Below, piece after piece: positions 1 through 13,790 of a DNA stretch of 64,000 bases. The notes beneath the pieces were generated by a model. It saw nothing but the letters and a program-made list of their open reading frames with translations, searched no databases and was not told where the DNA came from. Source of the DNA: Camelus ferus (lineage: Eukaryota). The stretch is from positions 95,792,001 to 95,856,000 of the forward strand of contig NC_045696.1 of NCBI RefSeq assembly GCF_009834535.1, in the 5' to 3' direction. The position numbers and the translations under genes were made by a program. The stretch's first letter is position 1. The number at the start of each line of letters is the position of its first letter.

Positions 1-954
1 GCCAGTAGAAAGTTTAGCAGACCGTGAAGAACAAGTAACTTAAAGTATGGTCATAAAAATAAACAGGAAAAGGTAAAGGAAATAATCTTTTTATGTTACT
101 TAAGCATACTGAGTTCTGATGCACTATTTTCAACTGTAGGAATCTCTTTGAACAGATCAGAATGTTAAAGAGATACTATCTTCTTGTATAATTAATTAAT
201 TCAAAGATTGGAATAATGTCAAATTTTAATTCACTTCAAAAGAAAAATTTGTGCTGCCCTACAGATATTACAATTGCATCTGGTTTAGGTGGCTGTGTTA
301 ATATTTGGGATTGTCCTGCTAGAAAGCTGAAAGGCAGGTCTTCAAATTTTCATAAATCTCTGTGGCTACACCTAATTATCATTCAAAAACTTTCATTACT
401 TACACAGCCAAGCAAATATTTCAATGTGCAAACAGAAATTATAGATGTGTCAAGGTGTTGCTTGATGATTCTTGGGTAATTGTAGGACAGTTTTCAGAAT
501 CTCTACAGCCACAATACCCATTTTGGATAAAGTTCAACATCAGATTGCTATATGACTTGGCATAGCAATTGGTATAATAATCTGAAAGAGGAGTCAGTCT
601 TCAACTTTCATTCTCTACCACACTTTCCACCCCACCTCAGCAAGATCTTTCCAATAAGTGACATATTATTCAAACATGCTGCAAATTAGTTCAGGTTGGA
701 AGAGACCTCAGGAGTCAATAAGTTTAATGGTTTGCACACCTGCTTTTGGATAATGAAATTTTCTTTTATTTTTTTCCCCTAAGAAAATTTATATAGAACT
801 ATAAATATGAAATGGGGATTAAAGTGGATTATCTTGGGTTGAAGGAAGGTTCTGGGGTGCACAGCCAAAGGTGAAGCTGTGCCATTCTGGCTCCACAATA
901 GGGCTTTGTATGTGTAGGTGTATGTGATGTTACAGATCGATATAAACATGTAGG

Positions 955-1050
955 TTTATGTATTTGTATATGTATGTGTATGTGTGTGTGTGTGTGTGTA
1001 TATATTTGCATGTGTCCATGTATATATAAAAATATATATGCATGTATGTA
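955..1050. repeat. (TG)/(TA)-rich microsatellite
   Basis: Directly visible. Confidence 0.85.
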
Positions 1051-1089
1051 TAATCTTCCTCTAAGTGCTCCAACCCTCAGTATTTTATT

Positions 1090-3560
1090 TGCAAACTTAA
1101 GAGGAAAGGATTTTTCTTTTAAAAGAAGAATTGGATTGCTTCCCAAATGATTTAATGACGCCAATGTAACCCTTACGTCAAAACCTGACAAAGAATGTTT
1201 AATAAATAGAAATAAATCCCTCAAAAACAAAATCTTTAATTTTAGGAAATGAAAACCAACAATATATTAAAATTTCAATTCATTATAAACAAGTAAGGCT
1301 CATGCCTGGAATGCAAGCATAATTTAAGATCTGAAAGTCAGTTGGCATAAATTACCCATTAAAAGCATAAAGGAGAAAAATCACACAGTCATCTCAATAG
1401 ATGCAGTAAAAACATTTAGCAAATATCCATTTATGCAAAAACTATCAGCAAACTAGGAATAGAAGGGACTTTCAATCTCAAAAAAGCCAACTATGAAAAG
1501 TCTTCAGATGTTTATTAGTGAAGTATTAAACAATTTCCTCCTAAGATCCAGAGCAAAATAACTTTTTTCAATATTGTCCTAGAAGCCCTCGTCAGTGCAC
1601 TAATCAAGAAGGGAAAATAAAAGCATAAAGATTGAAAAGGAAGAATTAAAACTGTCTCCAGTTACAGAAGAGATGATTGTGTAGGAAATCCTAGAAAATG
1701 TTAAAAAAAAAAATAGATAAACTAGAATTTATTTTTTTAAACTTTTTAAAATTGAGTTATAGTCAGTTTACAATGTTGTGTCAATTTCCAGTGTAGAGCA
1801 CAATTTTTCAGTTATACATGGACATACATATATTCCTTGTCACATTCTTTTTTGCTGTGATCTACCACAAGATCTTGTATATATTTCCCTGTGCTATACA
1901 GTATAATTTTGTTTATTTATTCTGAATATGCCTGTCAGTATCTACAAATTTTGAACTCCCAGTCTGTCCCTTCCCACCACCCACCCCCTTGGCAACTACA
2001 AGTTTATATTCTATGTCTGTGAGTCTGTTTCTGTTTTGTATTTATGTTCTTTCTTCTTTTTTTTTTTTAGATTCCACATATAAGCGATCTCATATGGTAT
2101 TTTTCTTTCTCTTTCTGGCTTACTTCACTTAGAATGACATTCTCTAGGGATATCCATGTTGCTGCAAATGGCATTATGTTGTCATTTTTATGGCCAAATA
2201 GTATTCCATTGTATAAATATACCACTTCTGCTTTATCCAGTCATCTGTTGATGGATATTTAGGCTTTTTCCATGTCTTGGATGTTGTAAATAGTGCTGCT
2301 ATGAACATTGGGGTGCAGCTGTCTTTTTGAAGTAGGGTTCCTTGTGGATATATGTCCAGGAGCAGGATTCCTGGGTCATATGGTAAGTCTATTCCTAGTC
2401 TTTGATGAATTTCCATACTGTTTTCCACAGTGGCTGCACCAAACTACATTCCCACCAGCAGTGTAGGAGGGTTCACCTTTCTCCACAGCCTTTCCAGCAT
2501 CTGTCATTTGTGGACTTTGGAATGATGGCCATTCTGACTGGTGTTAGGTGATACCTCATTGTAGTTTTGATTTGCATTTCTCTAATAATTAGTGATATTG
2601 AGCATTTTTTCATGTGCCTATTGATCATTTGTATGTCTTGGATAATTGCTTGTTTAGGTCTTCTGCCCATTTTTGGATTGGGTTGTTTGTTTTTTTTATT
2701 AAGTTGTATGAGTTGCTTATATATTCTGGAGATGAAGCCTTTGTCAGTTTCATCTTTTGCAAAAATTTTCTCACATTCCGTAGGTTGTATTTTGTTTTGT
2801 TTATGGTTTCCTTTGCTGTGCAGAAGCTTGTAAATTTAATTAGGTCTCATTTGTTTAGTCTTTCTTTTATTTCTATTGCTTGGGTAGACTGGCCTAGGAG
2901 AACATTTTTGAGATGTATGTGAGATATTGTTTTGCCTATATTTTCTTCTAGGAGATTTATTGTATCAAACTAGAATTTATACTTGAAACTTTCAAGGATA
3001 TGATTGGAAAGGCCAAAGTAAAAATCAAATGTATTTCTATGTACTGTCAGTAAACATTTGGAAAATATTATTTTAGATGAAATTTATTCAAAATAACTCA
3101 AGAATAAATCTGAGAAAAGATTTGCAAGACTTCTACACTGAAAATAGTAAAATATTAGTGAGGAAATTAAAGAGGACTATATGCATTAATTGGAAGTATC
3201 AATATTATTAAGATGTCAGTCCTCCCCAGATTTATAGATTTAATGCAATACAAATCAAAATTCTAGTAGCCTTTAGGAATTGACAAAATATCCTAATATT
3301 TGATGGAAAAGATATGGAGTACTAGAAACAATTTTGGAAAAAAAAAAAGAAGCTGAAGTCAGCATGGTATTAGCATAAGGATAGACATGTAGACCCATGG
3401 AACAGAAGAGAGAAGTCAGAAACAGTAACATTATGGTCAGTTGATTTTAGACTTAAGCATCACTGTAATCCAATGAGATAAGGATCGTCTTTTCAACAAA
3501 TGGTGTTGGAAGAACTGGGTATGTGCATGGGAAAAATAGTGAGCTTTGACCTCTACCTCC
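1090..3560 (+). mobile_element. Old L1 ORF2 fragment, interrupted by a younger L1
   Basis: Degenerate ORF2 motifs (atctcaatagatgcag, ttcaacaaatggtgttgg); ends approximate. Confidence 0.8.
1733..2966 (-). mobile_element. Younger 5'-truncated L1 (ORF2 C-terminus + 3'UTR)
   Basis: ORFs with [13 protein letters not shown] and [10 protein letters not shown]; 14-bp TSD aaactagaatttat at 1719-1732 and 2967-2980. Confidence 0.93.
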
Positions 3561-3585
3561 CAGTTTAAAGACAAAACTAATGTAC

Positions 3586-3755
3586 CGACTGAGTCACCGC
3601 TGCTGTTAAAGTGCCCCAGCACTGTCTCCTGCAATACAGATTCAAGTGAGATCCACTCCATATTTGTAAGAATTTTATCCTGAAGGAAAAACTTGATAGC
3701 AGTGATGCTATCTTCAAGCTGAGCAGGAAAGTGGTGTTGAGGAGCTAGTCTATAG
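3586..3755 (-). pseudogene. Copy A exon 4 with two frameshifts and a stop
   Basis: ACAAATATGG lacks one base of T-K-Y-G; ACT TGA ATC where copy B has ACC CGA ATC; GDSAG followed by a second 1-nt deletion. Confidence 0.9.
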
Positions 3756-4379
3756 CTTTAAAAAAGAACAATTTATGTAAACAATTTTTAAAAGTACCAT
3801 TTATGGCTATATCTGTCCATGTAGCTTTCAAATACCAAACAGACACAATTTAACCCCAGGCTTTATTGTTTAATCTTCCTAAAATCAAACCTGAGTGTTC
3901 TACTAACTTTTTAATATACGAAAAACTAAAAATTGGTATTAATGTTTTCAACCTTATATCTAAAGTCTGTGGATGGCATCACATGTAAGTAGTAAGGAGA
4001 GTGTTATAAACTCCCTGAGAATATAAGCATAAATATTAGTCCAAGTACATTTTGCCCTAGAGATGCTCTATTGCTTATATCATATTCTCAATGTAACTAG
4101 CAATCCAAACTTTTTTTTTAAGTACCATGGATTTTTTGAAGGGAGCAGATCTGAGACCGTACTCTAGGCAAGTGTCCTATTTTTTCAAGGTCATTAGATA
4201 AAAATTCTACACTCTAGCAATGCACATACCTTATCATGGATAATGTCCAGGAGTTGATTCTAGATAAAAATTTTGAAATATAAATAGTATTTAAATATGC
4301 TAGGCAGCTTTCTTGTTTCTGGTAAAATTCATTTGTAAATAAACTGTCACACCATTCCTTCAATGGATACAAATGGACT

Positions 4380-4396
4380 CCCCCCCCCCCCCCCCC
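4380..4396. repeat. C17 homopolymer
   Basis: Directly visible. Confidence 0.9.
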
Positions 4397-5601
4397 ATAT
4401 ACAGGGACCTATAATAACAGGAGAATACTTCTTTTGGCCTGTTTTCAGGGCTACCTTTTTCTTTTTGTTCTTCAGAAGGCTAAAATTTGTGAATATCTGT
4501 ACTTAACATTAAATGTTGGTGAGATGATTCTTAAATATTTATTATGAATTGTATTTAGAAAATCCTAAACAAAGTATAATTTAAACATACGTATATACCA
4601 AAAAGACGTTGGTATCTATTACTTTAAATGCAGTACATTCAGTCTTTTTAGAGCAAAGAACACCACCAGTCATTAGGATTTGATAGACTAAGCCAGACAG
4701 AAAAATATCGCTATATTAAAATAGATTTTAAATTGGTAAGATTTAGATTACTTGAAGAGCTATGGAGGTAAAAAGAATATCTCAATGTTATAAATTAGAA
4801 ATATGCCTGAAAACAGGAAGTTCTTCTTTGTACTAATTAGTAACTGTAATGACAATGATTGCAATCACTGTTTAGATGATCAAATTTTCACTTTAGTTTC
4901 CTAAAAACTAAAAAACCACCACCACCACCACCAAAACACAATTATGTCACTATGTCCTCTAAAATTGGATTAGAAGTCTTTAAGATAGTTTTTGTTACTA
5001 CAGACTAGGGAAGAGGGGGAAGAAAAAATTCCTCCTGAGAATAGCCACTTCAGAAATCCAGACTATATACCAGCACGAGTTAGAACATATTGACCTGTTT
5101 TAAGGCATTCTGGTATGCTGTGGCAAAGTGCAAGAATCTTAAGATCACTTTTTTGAGAGTGACTTAAAATTCTCAGCAGATCCCAACCTTTACCTCCTTT
5201 ATTACTTCCAAATAAGAATTATTCTAATATAAAAAATTTTATTATTAGCCCAATACAGCCTAACATCACAAATATGTTTTGTTTATTTTTTTCCCCTCCT
5301 ATCTAGCTATGTTACTTGGGGCATAATTAGGGCCTTATAGGACCTGAGTTTTATGTGTCTAGAGCAACAGTTTTTTCCAAAAATGCTCACCCTAGGTTGT
5401 CACTCAGAATTTCCCACAATCATAGGAGAGTAATGAGATACTGAACCCCTTTGAGGAATGTTCTGTGTTGCAATGGTGATAAATAAAATACATTAATTTT
5501 TAAAAAAATTATATTTGAGGCATAGCTGACTTGACTTGGAAGTCAAATCTCTACTTGATAAAGACAAAAATCACAGTAGCCAAAGAAAAGCATTCTCTTA
5601 C

Positions 5602-5671
5602 TCCAATCCCACAACAACAGCATCAAGTTTGTCTGCCATCCATCTGTTCAGGAAGTCAAAAGCCATATGCT
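5602..5671 (-). pseudogene. Copy A exon 3 (70 nt, open)
   Basis: tttcag|AG...GGA|gtaaga; homologous to 27890..27959. Confidence 0.88.
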
Positions 5672-6559
5672 CTGAAATGAAGAAATAAATGTCAAAGTAC
5701 TCCCTGTAGTTAAAAAGCAATATTGCCCTGAACTTGGAAGGATACGTGATTTGAGTGTAACATAGGAACCTTTATTTCCTACCTCTGTTTCTATGCAGAG
5801 GGACTTGAATCAGCAGGACACATTCTGCAGTAGAATCTCTTTAGTCAGTCTCTTCAAGGGTAAAAAGATGACTATGCTAATTGGTGTTCTGAGGAACATC
5901 TGCCACCTACTGTCTGTACATAAGAATCCTCTCAAGAGCCTTTTGTGGCCTGTTGCATTCTACTGTGCTCTGCTTCTCCAGGCAGCAAGTTTACTAGACA
6001 CCACAGATGGGATAATCTAACTCAAGTGATGTATCAACAATACCTAAATAATACCTAAATACACATTCTCCAAAACCTTTAGAAATAATGATTATGTTTT
6101 GACTTACATTTACCTGAATTTTGTTTATAACTTTTCAATTAGTTCATAATTCAGGGGAGAAAGAAAATAATAGACGTATTGACTCTCTAAAACCATAACA
6201 CTAAATACTATGGTTCCTCAAAACCTCCATATTCTTTGACATTTAAGACAGAGTCTAAAGAAAAGCAACTAGATTTTGAGAGAGGTTCTGGCAAGTCAGT
6301 GTGTGGACTTGGATGTACATACCCATTTTGAAATGCCTGGCACACCAGCCATAGACTTTCCCTCCAGCATAGACAAACGCACACGTGCACACACACACAA
6401 TAGTACTTTACCTAAACATAAAAGTGTGAGTAAGAGTTTTCTTGAAGTAAGTGGGAAGGGCATTCTAGAGCACAGAGAAAGATTTATGAGAATACATGTG
6501 TTTGGGGAACGACCAGCAGCTTAATATGGTAGAAACAAAATTACAGGGAACAGTACTGG

Positions 6560-7930
6560 CAAGAAAAAGTTAAAGAATGTGAGAACCTGGAAATGTGAAC
6601 ACTATTGTAAAGGATTTAGACATTTATTTTATACAGTGATGAGAATCACGGAAGAATTTAGACAAAGCCTTCTGGTCTGGTCATATGACCAGACCTGCAT
6701 GTCAGAATGATCCAGAGCACTAAATGTAGAAAATAAAATAAAGTTGAGCAGGGAATAGGTAGAGACATCAGAAAGGAGTATCTGCAAAGGATCATGAAGT
6801 AACACAAATGTGTTAATGAGGTCAAGATGTTCAGAAGTGGAATGAATGGGACATGGTAATTTAATGTGGGTGTTAAGCAACAGTAACTAGTTGACCATAA
6901 TTGTTACTTACTGAAAGCATTCAAGAGGATGAGATGTTGATTTGGATGGGTGGTGGTTTTTTAATTTGTTTGTTGTCTAAGGCTGTTTGGATATAAGATA
7001 ATGAATTGTGTTTGGTCATATTGAGGTTGAAATGTCTGTGGTTAATCCAGTCATAAATGTCTAATTGATAGTTGTATCTATGGATCCAGAACTCAGGAAT
7101 CACATAAGAGAAGGAGATTCAGAACTGGATGTTAGTAGCACGTGGGAATTTGGAGAAGATGAGGGACTGGAAAACAGAGTACATAGAGTCATAATTGGAA
7201 GGTCAGGAAAGAGTTCTGGGGGACAAGAATATTCATGAAGAGTAGATATGGAAAATCTGTTATTTTGTTCATTTTGTTTTGTTTTTAAGTCGGGGAAGAG
7301 AGAGAAAGAGGGACTGACTGGGAAAACGACTGGCAGAGGAAATCTAGGGGATATTTTGTCATAAAAAACAAAGGGAAGGGCAGTGGATGTCAAAGAGGAG
7401 AAAAGAGTGGTGTTCATCAAATGCAGTGGATTATGGACCTTCAGGAATTAATTAAAGGTGGGAAAACAAGGAAATAGGGAAGGACTAGAGCCTCTATGTA
7501 TAGAAATGAATCTGGGAAGGAAAGCAAAACGATAAGGGACTAATCAGGGAGAGGAATTCATGGTCAAGTAGGGAAAGTTTTTTTGAGATAAGAATGTTTA
7601 GGATACAATAACATGCTTAGGAGGAATCATTTCAGAACTAAAAAACAAAAAATATTAAGACAGAGGATTTATAGAGATACTCTGATGAAGTCAAATAATA
7701 GGATAAGAGCTGTATGATAGCAAAAAAAAAGTAGAAAGACTAATTTTGTCAAAAGAAGAAATGCCTCTTCCTCTGTGAGTATTAGAAAGAAGGAAGCTAG
7801 AGGTAGGTATAGCTGGTAACAAATTTATAGAAAGGAGGATTGAGCTAAGGATGAAAGATTCAAAAATTTGAGGGCACACAATCCCTCGTATCTTCTGTTT
7901 CCTGTCAAATAGCAATAAGATTGATCTGGT
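6560..7930 (-). mobile_element. Ancient L2-like fragments in copy A intron 2
   Basis: Purine-rich antisense L2-type text (tttggtcatattgaggttgaaatgtctg); counterpart at ~28950-29700; ends approximate. Confidence 0.55.
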
Positions 7931-8069
7931 TGACTGGGAGGCACTAGGAACCTGGAGTGACACAGACTTGGAATCTTTATGGAGAAAAATGAGAGACAGA
8001 GCTGACTAGACACTCTGAACAGTTTTTGAGCCAGAACACAGCTACAGGCGGCATTGATCACCAGAGTCT

Positions 8070-8235
8070 AGCACAGTGTGATGTCTGGATCAGCAGCACC
8101 AACAGTAACTGGAGCCTAATTTATAACTTGAAATGCAAATTATCAGGCCCCACCATAGACTTACTGAGTCAAACAATCTTTTAACAAGTCTTCTATGCTG
8201 ATTCTGAGGCACTAAAACTTGAGAAGCATTATCTT
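8070..8235. mobile_element. MER5A-like hAT DNA transposon
   Basis: gaaatgcaaattatcaggcccca...tttaacaag...ttgagaagca consensus-like motifs. Confidence 0.7.
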
Positions 8236-8928
8236 AAAGACTTTATACCTTACTGGCAGTAGAAAACAACGATTCTTCTCTTCCTTGTCCTAGTGTGTGC
8301 TTTGGAATTCACTTTTTCAGGTTCTTTCAAAAGCTTTGAGAAGGAAAACAATTTTTATAAGGATTTCTGAAACATATGCAGAACACCTGCTTCCCTAGAT
8401 ATTATAAAATTCACCTCTGAATCACATCCCTCAGGAGTGTTTACTTTTACTGCATCATGTTACATGCTTCTAGAATTGCTTTTACTAATTATATGCTTGG
8501 AGTCATACTATCTGCCTAAATGTATAAGGATGTTTATAAAAATCAATAGCTGACTGTAAGGAGTTTTAAGATGTTCATCGTATAATAGAAAATCTTTTCC
8601 TATGGCCAGAGTCTCATTTCAGCTTTGGAAATTGTCGTTTCGTGTTTTATACCTTGTTCATTTTTCACTTTATAGACTAAAAAGAATAAAACAAACATGA
8701 TAGGGGGGCCCTGTTTCCCTTGGCCTTCTACATTTGCCCCCTTAGTTTTACTATATTACTACCTACCTTCCCTACCCTCTGAATTTTGAGTAGCTGGCAA
8801 GACATAAGGCTTGCAAAAGCAGTAATATTGTGATGGTTTTCAGGATTCTACCAGTCAAATCAGGCAAGGATCATCAACACAGGACCCATCTCCACCCATG
8901 AGTTTTCATTAAAGTTGAATGTACTAAA

Positions 8929-9085
8929 GGGGGTGGGTATAGCTGAACTGGTAAGGTGCATGCTTAGTATGCACAAGGCCCTGGGTTCAATCCCCAGTAC
9001 CTCTTCTAAAAATAAATAAGTAAACCTAATTACCTCCTAGCCTGCCCCATTGAAAAAAAAAAACCTAAAAAAACCCATTTTTTTA
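8929..9085 (+). mobile_element. tRNA-Ala-derived SINE (vic-1-like)
   Basis: A box tagctgaactgg, B box gggttcaatcc, A-rich tail; degenerate TSD aagttgaat(g/a)t(a/g)ct. Confidence 0.85.
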
Positions 9086-10317
9086 AGTTGAATATGCTGC
9101 TTGAGCTGAACCTAAAAGGACATACACTCAATTTTCCCCAACCTGTAAAAGAAAAAAAAATGATAAAACCATCATCCTTCTTCAATTGAGGAGTCCTGTG
9201 GTCTTCAAGTGCCCCTCAGGCCCATCCACTGAATAAAATCTTTAACCTCTATTTGAGTCACCCAATCATTTTCTTTGGACAAGTCACTGTGAAATTTGTA
9301 GCTGATAATATGTTTTTTTCCGCAATATGTTAGTTGTCAGAAAACTGGGGAGGAGAAAACTAGAAAGCCAGAATTGCAGCCTAATCATTTCAGCGTTCTG
9401 TGTATTAATGAGTCTTCGTGCCTTCTTAATTTTCCATGCTTATTGTCTCTTTGACTAATCTTCAATGCTAATATTTGTTTAAGTGTAGCTTGCTATATTT
9501 CATATATCTTCATAAGGTTCTCAAACTATTTAGAACCAAATTAAACAGAAAAAAATGAAAGAAAACAATTAAATGCATTTAAAAAGTAATTTATTACCTG
9601 TGTATCTTTGCTCAATTCTATTCATTTATTTAATTTTATTATTTGGGTCTCCCTATACAGCACCAATCTATGATAGCTTTCCAGAATTTTCATAAAGGTA
9701 AATTTCTACATGTTTTTATTTTGAATCTGCTGTATATGCTTCTTAGAATCATTACCAGAGATAAGTAGGCAAACTAGACTAGGGAAGAGCTTATTCTAAC
9801 TTAGGTCTATTTTGTGCTTTCCTTTTTGAATAGAGACTAGTGACCATTCTAAGCTTTACCACTGTTAGCATTATTTAGGAGTACCTACAAACTTGATCTT
9901 CTAGCAACCAACAACATATGCTTCTGATTTGCATGTAAAACATCTGTATCACTTCAGTGTTTCTGCTCCTGAATATATTCTGATCCCAAAGATAAAAAGT
10001 TTTACGATTTGATTTGTGTTCACATCCTACTTTCATTTGCTATAAGTTCATTCAGTATAAAAACTGAGAAGAAAATACTTACCAAAAAGTAAAACAAAAC
10101 AAAAACAGAAGTCACAACCTCCATGATATTTTAATCAAACATATGTCTAACTCTCTATTGAATATCTAATATTTATAGCTATATGTATACATATTATACA
10201 TATAAGTTTGCATATATGCATGGATACATAATTAGGTATATTTATATTCAATATTGAATAGTTCCTATATCAAAATCAGATAGCCAGTTAGACTTTTTCC
10301 TTATATGATGAACTTAC

Positions 10318-10540
10318 TGAAACTTCCAAAACAAAAAGCATCACTGTGAATATTGATTACAGCTCATCTTGGGATTTCTGACTTTCTCTTTGGCAAGTAC
10401 AAATGTACTGGAATGTCATTAAATTTTGTATCAGTCATGGTGAGGTTTTCATCTGAAAGTGGATGGGTATAATCCAGCCTAAACATCATGGAAATAAACT
10501 CTTCATATCTCATAATACCTATATTTTCAAAACACTTAGC
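10318..10540 (-). pseudogene. Copy A exon 2 with premature stop
   Basis: 223 nt, cag|GCT...A|gtaagt; CCA AGA TGA; HGGG replaced by HSDA. Confidence 0.9.
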
Positions 10541-13379
10541 CTGTAAGAGCAAAACAAAATTATAAATATTTTCATCTTCAAATAAACGTTAAATGCATCT
10601 AAAGAGGAAATAAAAGAAGAAAACTTTAGCAAAATAAACAGAAATAGGATGTTTCTAAAAATTATTCCAAAATAACATTGTATTGATTTATTGCATAAAC
10701 TTATTGCCTTCAAATATCTCAAGTATTCTATATTTTAGATTAATAATTAAGTCATTCAAAAGCTGTCAATTTACTGGTAGCTTTTTTTAAATACCTGTTG
10801 TAATTATTTCTTAATTATAAATTTTTGTCTGAAAAATGTCCAGGTCTTACAACTATCATTTTTTTCTTTTCTTTTCTTTTTTTTTTGTAGGCATGCTGTC
10901 ATATTTTTATTTTTTTATTGTGCATTTCACTTAATCCAAAATTTTATGACCACACTGCTAATGATTCAAATGTCCTGGTTTTCCTCTCCAAATAGACTCC
11001 TGTTCTTTGTCCTCCACCCCTACTCCCACAATCCCCTATTTGATATCATTTAAAAAAAGCTCTTTTAATATTTCTAACCAGCTTCTCTAGGACCTTTGTG
11101 ACATGTCACTATACAGTTTACTCAAAGGAAAAACCTTAAAAATGACATGGTCAATAGTACACTAAGCAGCCTTTATTACTACGGTTATTCCAGAGAGTTT
11201 AAGGTATTACAGGGTCTTGGAGAACATTTAACCCTCATACTTTAATGATGAGGAAGTATGCCTAAACTCTTAAGTTGCAGCCAGTAAATGTCAAAGCCAG
11301 AATTGCCCCCATTTTTCTAGACCATGCTTTTTTACCACCACTTACTGGCTATATGATCTTAAACAAATTACTCTCTGTACTTCAGTTTCCTTGTCTGTAC
11401 AGTTCTAATAATAAATCCCTCAATGGGTTGTAGTAGGTGAGTTAGAACTTCTTATGCACACAAAAAGTGTGCCTGGCACACCGAAGTATTCAATGAACCT
11501 TGTCTTATTTTATAATTCTTCACTAAGAAGAATTCTTAAGTGTTTTCATGCTAATTGAACATAATCAAGTAGAATATCCCTTAATGTAAGTTTTTGGTAA
11601 ATGGGTAAATGAAGCTAATTTTTCATTTTGTTGAATTGGTATTTAAAAGTTAGATTTTTGGCAAATTGCCTTGTTTCTCATTTCTCAGATATTTTCTGGT
11701 TTTGAACAGATACTTAAGTATTTTTGAACAATAACAAAAGCTGCCACTTTAGAGATTATTTTACTAGAAGCTTTAGCATTCATAATCTTTAATTCTCAGA
11801 GCAGTTCTGTTAAGTGTTTATTATTAGTATTGCCATTTTATAGGTAAAAAATATACATGAGTTAAGGAAAATTTTCAGGGTTGGGAATGTTTTCTTCTAT
11901 AAAACTCTGCCTTCCAATTTAACATATAAATACATGGTAATGCATTTATTTTTCAAAGGCCACTTTATCAAAAACTTAAATTTTTATATCCCCTTTATAT
12001 ATTAAAAAGTTAATCTTTCTTAATGGTATAACAACTTTGAGTTACAAAATTCAGTACTGACAAGAATAAAATCGTTTTTATTTTATTTTATTTTATTTAT
12101 TTTATTTAAGAAAAGCCAATGATTGTTACTTTTACTAGAATAATCTTTAAAGTAATTATGTGGATGCTTTTCTTATTTTTTTTAAATAAAGGGTAACCCA
12201 TCTACAATATCAGATACATAAAGTGAATAATTTTATTATAGATGAACAATGTGAGGATAGTTTTTAGCTGAGAAAGTGAAAGTCAAATTTTAGAGTTGGA
12301 TGTTCTGCTATTATTGTAATTTTGATGATAATATCAGTGTCAGTCACTGAGTTTTAAGACATAACTAATCAAAAAAGATAATTTCACAGTTTGTTGGAGC
12401 TGACACTTGCTTACCCACATATTCTTTCATTTTATTAAATCAAGGAGTAAAAGCATTGGAGAAAGAGACAGTAATGGCAAACGTAAGTCTCTAAAAGTGA
12501 TCAGAGAGAAAAATATAAGAATTTAACAGACACAGGTAGGAATTGGCTGTGGTTTCACAGGACTGTAGTCTGCTGTACAAAGCACCGTGGAACAGCCTCT
12601 CCCTCTTATAATGTGGATTACTCTCTCTTCCCTGATCATCTTCTGCTGTTTTTATTTTCTCCTTCAGCTTCCTATTGGTTATTCTCATTAAAGAATCTTT
12701 CTGGTTGCCCAGAAAGAATACTCATTTTGAAATGGGGTAGACCTGGGTTTAAATTCTGAAGTTGTCACCTTATAGCTGCATGAGCTTTTCTGAGCATATT
12801 TTTCCTCCTCTAGAAACTGGTAAAATAACTGGAGGATAATGAGGATGAGTGGAGTTAATATTATAGAAAGTTTATACATTGTAAGAGCTCAAAAATGTCA
12901 GCTTCAAACCACATCTCCCCCTTGCCAAGGAGCTTGAACTCAGTCCTCCCTGTGGAATCCCTGAAATCCAGCAGTTTAGAAATGAAAATGGTAAATGGAA
13001 GCTATTGAGATAGTAAGAGCTCTAAATTGACATCAAACAGGTACAAACATCAGTGATCTGTATCTATAACCTATAAGATAATTATGGAACTAGACTGTCC
13101 CTAAAAACTCAATTGTAATTCAAGTTATCAAATAAATTTCAAAGCATTTATTTATGTATGTCACAATATATGATGTCTTTACATTTAGACATAAAATCCT
13201 TGCAAGAATTCTCTCTCTTTTGCAAAGATGTAGCAACTTTTATTTACTTAATTTTATGTCATCCATTTATTCTAATAAACAAGCAATTTTAAAACAGTAA
13301 TTAATAGAAAGTTCATAAGCACTGAGTTTTAGTCAACAAGGCATCCCAATAACCAGGAGAAAAAAAATGTTAATCTTAC

Positions 13380-13517
13380 CATAAATGTACAGGTTTTAGT
13401 AATTATATCCAAGGCTATTACTTCCCAGTGCTCTTCCATGTTGCCCGATGTGGGTATATAAATATGAGAGGCAAAGAGAACACACAGTAACCCCAAACAG
13501 AGAGCTTTGAATCCCAT
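13380..13517 (-). pseudogene. Copy A exon 1 (open, 138 nt)
   Basis: ATG at 13517, donor ATG|gtaaga. Confidence 0.9.
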
Positions 13518-13739
13518 ACTGTCCCTTTTTCCAGTCTCTTCACAGTGCTGAGATTAAAATTTTTTCGTAATTACTGAATAATAAGTAGCAGAACGAACAA
13601 AGACTAAGAATGCTTTCAGGTAATATTATCATCTGAAAAACAAGAGGCTAATTTTTAATGTAAACAGTACAGCATCAGTAGAAACTTGTGAATACATAGA
13701 CTCTGAGATATACGTAACACGTCAATTCCTATTTATATT

Positions 13740-13790
13740 ATTAGCAGACGGTTAAAAGTTCCCACAGTGTTTCTTCACCCTGTGATGCTA
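13740..13790 (-). promoter_or_regulatory. Conserved promoter block upstream of copy A
   Basis: tagcaga...aaaa and TCACCCTGTGA (13775-13785) match 43297-43340. Confidence 0.4.

Larger units (their letters stand above)
3586..13517 (-). pseudogene. AADACL2: Copy A: AADACL2 pseudogene, exons 13380..13517, 10318..10540, 5602..5671, 3586..3755; exon 5 not seen in the window
   Basis: Exon 1 MGFKALCLGLLCVLF..., exon 2 ...IMRYEEFISMMFRLDY...PR*AVINIHSDAFCFGSF, exon 3 [24 protein letters not shown], exon 4 YRLAPQHHFPAQLED...; TGA at 10364-10366; exon 4 is 170 nt rather than 172 with a further TGA; splice sites intact. Confidence 0.9.

Noticed and set aside
829..1230. 133-aa ORF
   Set aside because: Its His/Thr/Ile repeats come from a microsatellite plus an L1 edge.
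3437..3661. 74-aa ORF MEWISLES...
   Set aside because: Out-of-frame reading of the frameshifted copy A exon 4 running into L1.
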